From NCBI GenBank assembly GCA_951406725.2, contig OX597838.1, positions 4,898,001 to 4,962,000 of the forward strand: a stretch of 64,000 nt of DNA, written 5' to 3'. This DNA comes from Octopus vulgaris. Lineage: Eukaryota. The translations under genes and the position numbers were made by a program. Of the stretch, positions 58,600-64,000 are shown piece by piece. Position 1 is the first letter of the stretch. Each line of letters opens with the position of its first letter. The notes beneath the pieces were generated by a model. The model saw only the letters and a program-made list of their open reading frames with translations, was not told the origin of the DNA and ran no database searches.

Positions 58600-58722
58600 T
58601 CAGACACACACGTATTTTATAGGGATATATGTATGAGTGTGTGTGCGTTTGTGTTTGGCGTATTCATTGGCGCACACACACACACAAACACGCACACACA
58701 GATACACACACATACACACACG

Positions 58723-58761
<39 letters not shown>

Positions 58762-58893
58762 GTGCGCAATCGTATATACTCGTGGAGTTGCACATCTTTG
58801 CTCTATGTGTATCTATATCTATATGTCTATCTATATACACACTCACTCATACACACATATATACAGACACTTATGTATATATACATAAATACT

Positions 58894-58949
<56 letters not shown>

Positions 58950-59893
58950 TATGTACACATATGCATACATATGTGTTTATATATTTATATACATATATAT
59001 GCATATCTATGTGCACATATATAATATATATAATATAGATATATGTATATATATTTGTGTATGTACGTGTATACATGTATATTTATATATATTTACATAT
59101 ATATATATGTATATATATACATATATATATATATATGTGTGTGTGTATGTGTGTGTGTATGTATGTGTGTGTGTGTGTGTGTGTGCATATCTGTATATGT
59201 GTAGGCTGGATGATATGCCGAGATCAATAAGTAGCGTGTACCTTTCCATATGCTTGCGTGTGCTTGCCTCTAAAATACAATATATGAATATGTTCTAATT
59301 GCTAAAGGTTTGCAACGAAATACGGTTCCTTTTCTGTTTTCTTTTTATTTTGTCCCTTGATCAGTAAAATCCAAACAACACTGCACCATGAGGAGCGGGA
59401 GCGAACAGCACCCAGCCATACCGAATGCAAACAAACATCACAGACGAACTGTATCCGCGCCATTTTCTCTTGATCTTTCGTAAAATCAATGCGTTAGGTT
59501 TTTACGTTTATCTGGTTAATCATTTTTCATCCTTGCCGTCCCTGGTTCTTTTTTTTTTTATATCACTGGTAAACATACTGAATCTTCTCCACGTGATACA
59601 CTTGTTCATGTAATCTTGTTGAAGTGATTGAATCGTAGCTTCTTTTACTTCTGTGTGCGTGTATGTCTGTATGTATGTGCGTACGTACGTATGTATGTAT
59701 GTATGTATGTATGTATGTATGTATGTATGTATGTATGTATATATTTATACATATATGTATGTATGTATGTATGTATGCATGCATGTATGTATGTATGTAT
59801 GTATGTATGTATGTATGTATGTATGTATGTATGTATGTATATATGTATGTATGTATGTATGTATATATATATGGTGATATATACGTATATCTG

Positions 59894-60117
59894 TACGAAG
59901 GAATACTGAAAGGTTTCTGACTTTAAGGGAATCGTGAAAGGCCTGACTGGAGGCCCAACCTTCCCAATTCCTTTACTGGGCTTAGAAAAACTGAAGGACC
60001 GCTGCAATAAATGTGTGAATCTGGGAGGGGAATATGCTGAATAGAAACGTAATTAACTGATTGATTCTTTTGTAATTTCTTTTGCCCAAATCCAGGAACT
60101 TTTCAGCACCTACCCGT
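59894..60117. mobile_element. Mariner-derived MITE (related fragment at about 22795-22935)
   Basis: TIRs tacgaaggaatactgaaaggtttctg / caggaacttttcagcacctacccgtg; internal KCVNLGGEY tail. Confidence 0.65.
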
Positions 60118-60129
60118 GAATATATATAT

Positions 60130-60190
<61 letters not shown>

Positions 60191-60353
60191 CACATTCTTC
60201 GTGGTAAATAGCGATTTTGACGTCTATATCTAGCATGTTGACAGTCCACTTTTAGTGGTTAGTCCTTTAAATTTTGTATGTAAAAATATTTTAATCTTCG
60301 GATTTTTTTAATATGCTAGGCCACTGGATTAATATCAATTTCTACCCTTATTC

Positions 60354-60392
<39 letters not shown>

Positions 60393-60724
60393 TAATATAA
60401 CACTATACATTCGTGCACATAGCACACATGCACGTACATATATACAAATATAGATATATTTAAACTTGATTTGGTGCGTAGAATTCTCTGGTTGTGTCCT
60501 CTACGTTTTTCTACCTGGCCATCTCCGGCGTCCTACATATTGATGCGCCGTGATTGTTATGAATTATATTAATAATCTATATTGATGTAGATATAGATTG
60601 ATGGATGAATGGATAGATAGATAAATAGATGGACACACAAACACACACACAGACAAAATTATAGATAGATAAATAGATAGATAGATGGAGTGATAGATAG
60701 ATATATAAATGGATAAATAAAAAG

Positions 60725-60770
60725 ATATATTTCTTTATTAGCCACAAAGGGCTGAACACAGAGGGGACAG
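60725..60770 (-). mobile_element. Further LINE/SINE 3'-end copy next to (GATA)n
   Basis: atttctttattagccacaaagggctgaacacagaggggac. Confidence 0.7.
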
Positions 60771-60960
60771 AGCTTTTCTTTTATCTTTTTCTATTTTTTC
60801 TTGATAGGCATATGGACAGATGGCCTCCAATTTATCTTACATGCGCTTCTTAATTTTTTTACCTGCATATAGAAGTTAAACTACTGATTTTCAAATTCGC
60901 ATTTGAGTATGTGGTGTTGGTCATATTCGTATAATAAACTAATCAATTAACAGTATAATA

Positions 60961-62000
60961 ATGACCACTGTGTAGGGAAACTGTGCAGGAGAAGGGATTG
61001 CACATATATCATTTCCTCACTCTCTTTATTTCGTTTATTCTTCTTTTTAAAGAACTGGGTATTTATGGTTGAAGGCAACATGCCATTAGTAGTGATTATT
61101 CCAAAGTTCCAGTGATCTTCGGAGGCAAAAAATAACTGTAGTGCTTTCTTCAGAATATGGGATGGAAGAAAGAAGATAAAGGCGGCTGTAGGCATAGTAA
61201 CAAGAGTCTGAGAGGACATTAGTTCAAGACAAGCACATTGCAGCATATACGGCAAAATCAAGATATGGAGTTTTGAATATGTTACTATTTGACTCAGCCT
61301 GCTTCTCGTTTCGTTAATTTAAGCCGAAGATAATTAATCGTTTCATCGTAATCCGACTAAGTTTCGCATAGATATATGTTAGAAAATCGGTAAAGAATGA
61401 TGGAATCATTACAGAGTCACTGGGGAATGGTTTTCTCGTACTTGAGTTCCATGAACGTATGTTCTGTGCTCATATCTCTGTTATCAATAAAATGATTCAC
61501 TTGTCAAATATTTGGATCGATAGCAATATATCGATTATAATTCTCTAAGCAAACCTTGTGCAAGTTTGAAGTATATTTTTCTTTAATCTGAACAAAATTC
61601 GAAATTACATATGATATTTTAAAATATTTCGCCAAAAAGTAATCCTTGTATGGTATTTCGATGTTGTTCTTAGCTTTTGGCATCATTTTCTTTGACTTGA
61701 AGGAAGTAGGAAGCCGGTTATGACAATTTCAGGATCCCGAGCGACAAATTGGATGAAGAGTGGGAGTCAACCGTGGACCAGGGACCGAACAAAACTGTAC
61801 GCAACAGGTGGACCCCGTTAAAGAATATACAACACTAGGCAATGACTTTAAACTGTAGATTAAGACCAGGAAGTGTCTCTCCTACTTTATTCCCCTCGAC
61901 CTCCGTCTCCCAAACATTACTCGCTGTGAATGCTATACAAGAAGCCTTTGGTTTAATCCGGAAGCTCGTAGTTGTAATCCGAACGTCTGTATCCATCGTT
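60961..62000 (+). pseudogene. Heavily decayed, intronless galactose-3-O-sulfotransferase (Gal3ST)-like pseudogene
   Basis: Colinear fragments across frames: N-terminal hydrophobic anchor, QHIR, FEYVTILTQPASRF (FITxLRxP), RNP, SIIIL*ANL..LKYIFFFNLNK (SLxLLxxxLCW..DxxYFKLN), TLGNDFK...KCLSYFIP. Confidence 0.5.
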
Positions 62001-62520
62001 AAGCATTCCTCTATCAAATAGTAGCTTTGTTATACAGTTATACAGTAGATATTTCTTCCTCGTGCGTGAAACGAGTAGCCTTGTGATTAGGAAAGCAGTA
62101 ATTCTTTAGTCAATATGGATGTTTCGTGTTCAAGAAATTTTATCGGAAACACATCGATAGATATAGAGAAAAGTTAAGGAAAAATTAAATTACGCTCCAG
62201 TCATTTGGGCTTGTTGCTCAGGAGTGAGGTTTGATATCAGAGACAGATGGAAGGATAGAATAAGAAAATGAAAGAAGTGTTTACTGCAGAATCGCTCCCT
62301 CTAGGGTAAGCGATTTGAAAAGTAATTATCGTTAACCGACAAGTCATCTAGGAATTTTATTAATGGCTACGGAAACGGCAGACTCTTCTAAAATGAGTTA
62401 GAATTCTCCTTTATCAGATACGTAGATGGGGACGGAAAGACAACTGGGAAATAATAACAATGTTACTGGTATTAGTAACGTTAAAGAAGGAAGACAACAA
62501 CAGTAATAACAAAGAAGGAT

Positions 62521-62990
62521 GAAGCTTTTAAGTGAACGTTCGATGTGCTAGAAATGGTAGTAACATCTCTCTCTCAAATCACACCCTAGTATATCAAAAA
62601 TAATTCGAAATCCTATTGGATATATTGCACTTATATTTTGTGCTCCTGCTAACGATCAAACGAACAGGGGTGGAGTCGATGATGCTGCGCGACTTGAGCA
62701 GAACATTTTCTCCATTTTTGTTATAGAAGCTTTTAAATGACCGGTTCCAGATGCTAGATATAGCAGGAAGATATCTCTGAAATAACACTCTAGTATCTCA
62801 AAAATAAGTAGAAGTCATATTGAATATATTACATTTATATTTTATGCTGCAACTAACAACCAAACGAACAAGGGTGGAGTTGATTGTGTGCCTGAAGCAG
62901 AAAATTAGCACCATTTTTATTATCGAAGCTTTTAAATGACGGTTCAATTTGCTGGAAATGGCAGTAAAATCTCTCTTAAATCCCACCCAA
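62521..62990. repeat. Degenerate tandem repeat, unit about 200 bp, about 2.3 copies
   Basis: gaagctttta... at 62521, 62726 and 62925. Confidence 0.8.
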
Positions 62991-63367
62991 GTGCCTCAAG
63001 AATAATCGGCCGCCCTTTTGTATATTCTTTTAATCTTTTACTTGCTTCAGTTATTTGACTATGGCCGTGCTGGGGCAGCACATTAAAGGGATTTTGTCGG
63101 AGAAATTGACTCCAGATTTTATTCCCTGTAAGCCTAGTTCTTAATCTATAGGTTTTTTTTTTGGCGAACGGCAAATTTATAGGGACATAAACACACCAAC
63201 ATCGGCCATGAAGCGATGCTGGGGGGAGTAATGACAAACACAGTCTCAAAGGCACGTACACATAAATATATACTTAATAAACCGAGGACAAGCACATCCA
63301 TCCATCCATCCATCCATCCATCTATAAAAGAAAACATACAAATCTGCACACATACATACAAAAATAC

Positions 63368-64000
63368 CTGTTGATATTGAAATTCCAATGAAGGATCCTT
63401 AGATCTAGGTTAGAAACCGGTTCTTTTTCTATTGGCAAGAAATCTTGAAATAAATCTGAATAATGGCATACATTCATTCATACATACGTATATTGAAAAG
63501 AGAAACTGTGTACAGTTGTGGAAATTAGCTGTCCGGCGGACGTTAACATAAAGCTAAAGATCAGCGAAAAATAAAATACCTACGCTGACCTATTGAGGAA
63601 GCTACAGCTACTCTATCCAGATTACAAGTTCAGGTTTATACCCGTAATTATAGGGCCACTGGGCTACATAAAACTGCCTGAATAACAATCTTGAGAAATT
63701 AGGTTTCTGAAAACCAGGAAGAGAACGCTGCTTCGAAGACTACAGATCGAAGACATCACTGGAACAGTGAAAATCTTTGAGGATTTCCAGAAGTTTATCA
63801 TTAAGTATATATGAGCATATCTTCTAGACATACAAGTATGTACATGGGAATACGTACATAAAACCAAACGTAGAAATCTCCTCATATAGATAAATACATA
63901 TAATAACATCCTGATGCTGTTGTTGAAATTCCAATGAAGGAGATTTGGATCTAGGTTAGAAACCGGTTCTTTCTCTATTGGCAAGAAATCTTGAAACAAA
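63368..64000 (+). mobile_element. RLE-type non-LTR retrotransposon (R4/Dong-like) 3' ends, two tandem truncated copies
   Basis: VVEISCPADVNIKLKISEK*NTYADL...FIPVIIGPLG RLE motif at about 63500-63670; roughly 85-bp 3' UTR repeated at about 63370 and 63917. Confidence 0.8.

Noticed and set aside
63385-63425. CCAATGA...GAAACCGGTT hammerhead-like motif in the RLE LINE 3' UTR
   Set aside because: Core deviates at several invariant positions in both copies and stem I is absent

Overview
AT-rich, microsatellite-saturated eukaryotic DNA. The SINE families resemble those I recall from Octopus/coleoid genomes (inference, not a database result). Almost all ORFs in the track are microsatellite artefacts. 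Mobile content includes several tRNA-derived SINE families, mariner relics, hAT and pogo-type MITEs, a Helitron helicase fragment, a Penelope-like (PLE) reverse-transcriptase fragment, a Tx1/L1-like LINE 3' end and an R4/Dong-like RLE LINE 3' end. Gene-like content includes two candidate spliced 3' coding exons of an unidentified minus-strand host gene and a heavily decayed galactose-3-O-sulfotransferase-like pseudogene. The most striking signal is about 12 type I hammerhead-ribozyme (HHR) motifs in short PLE-like terminal fragments next to (TA)n, (ATT)n or other simple repeats. One HHR with an intact catalytic core sits in a near-perfect 75-bp-arm foldback whose single mismatch hits the core of the antisense copy. 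All alignments and folds were done by eye, and repeat coordinates are approximate.
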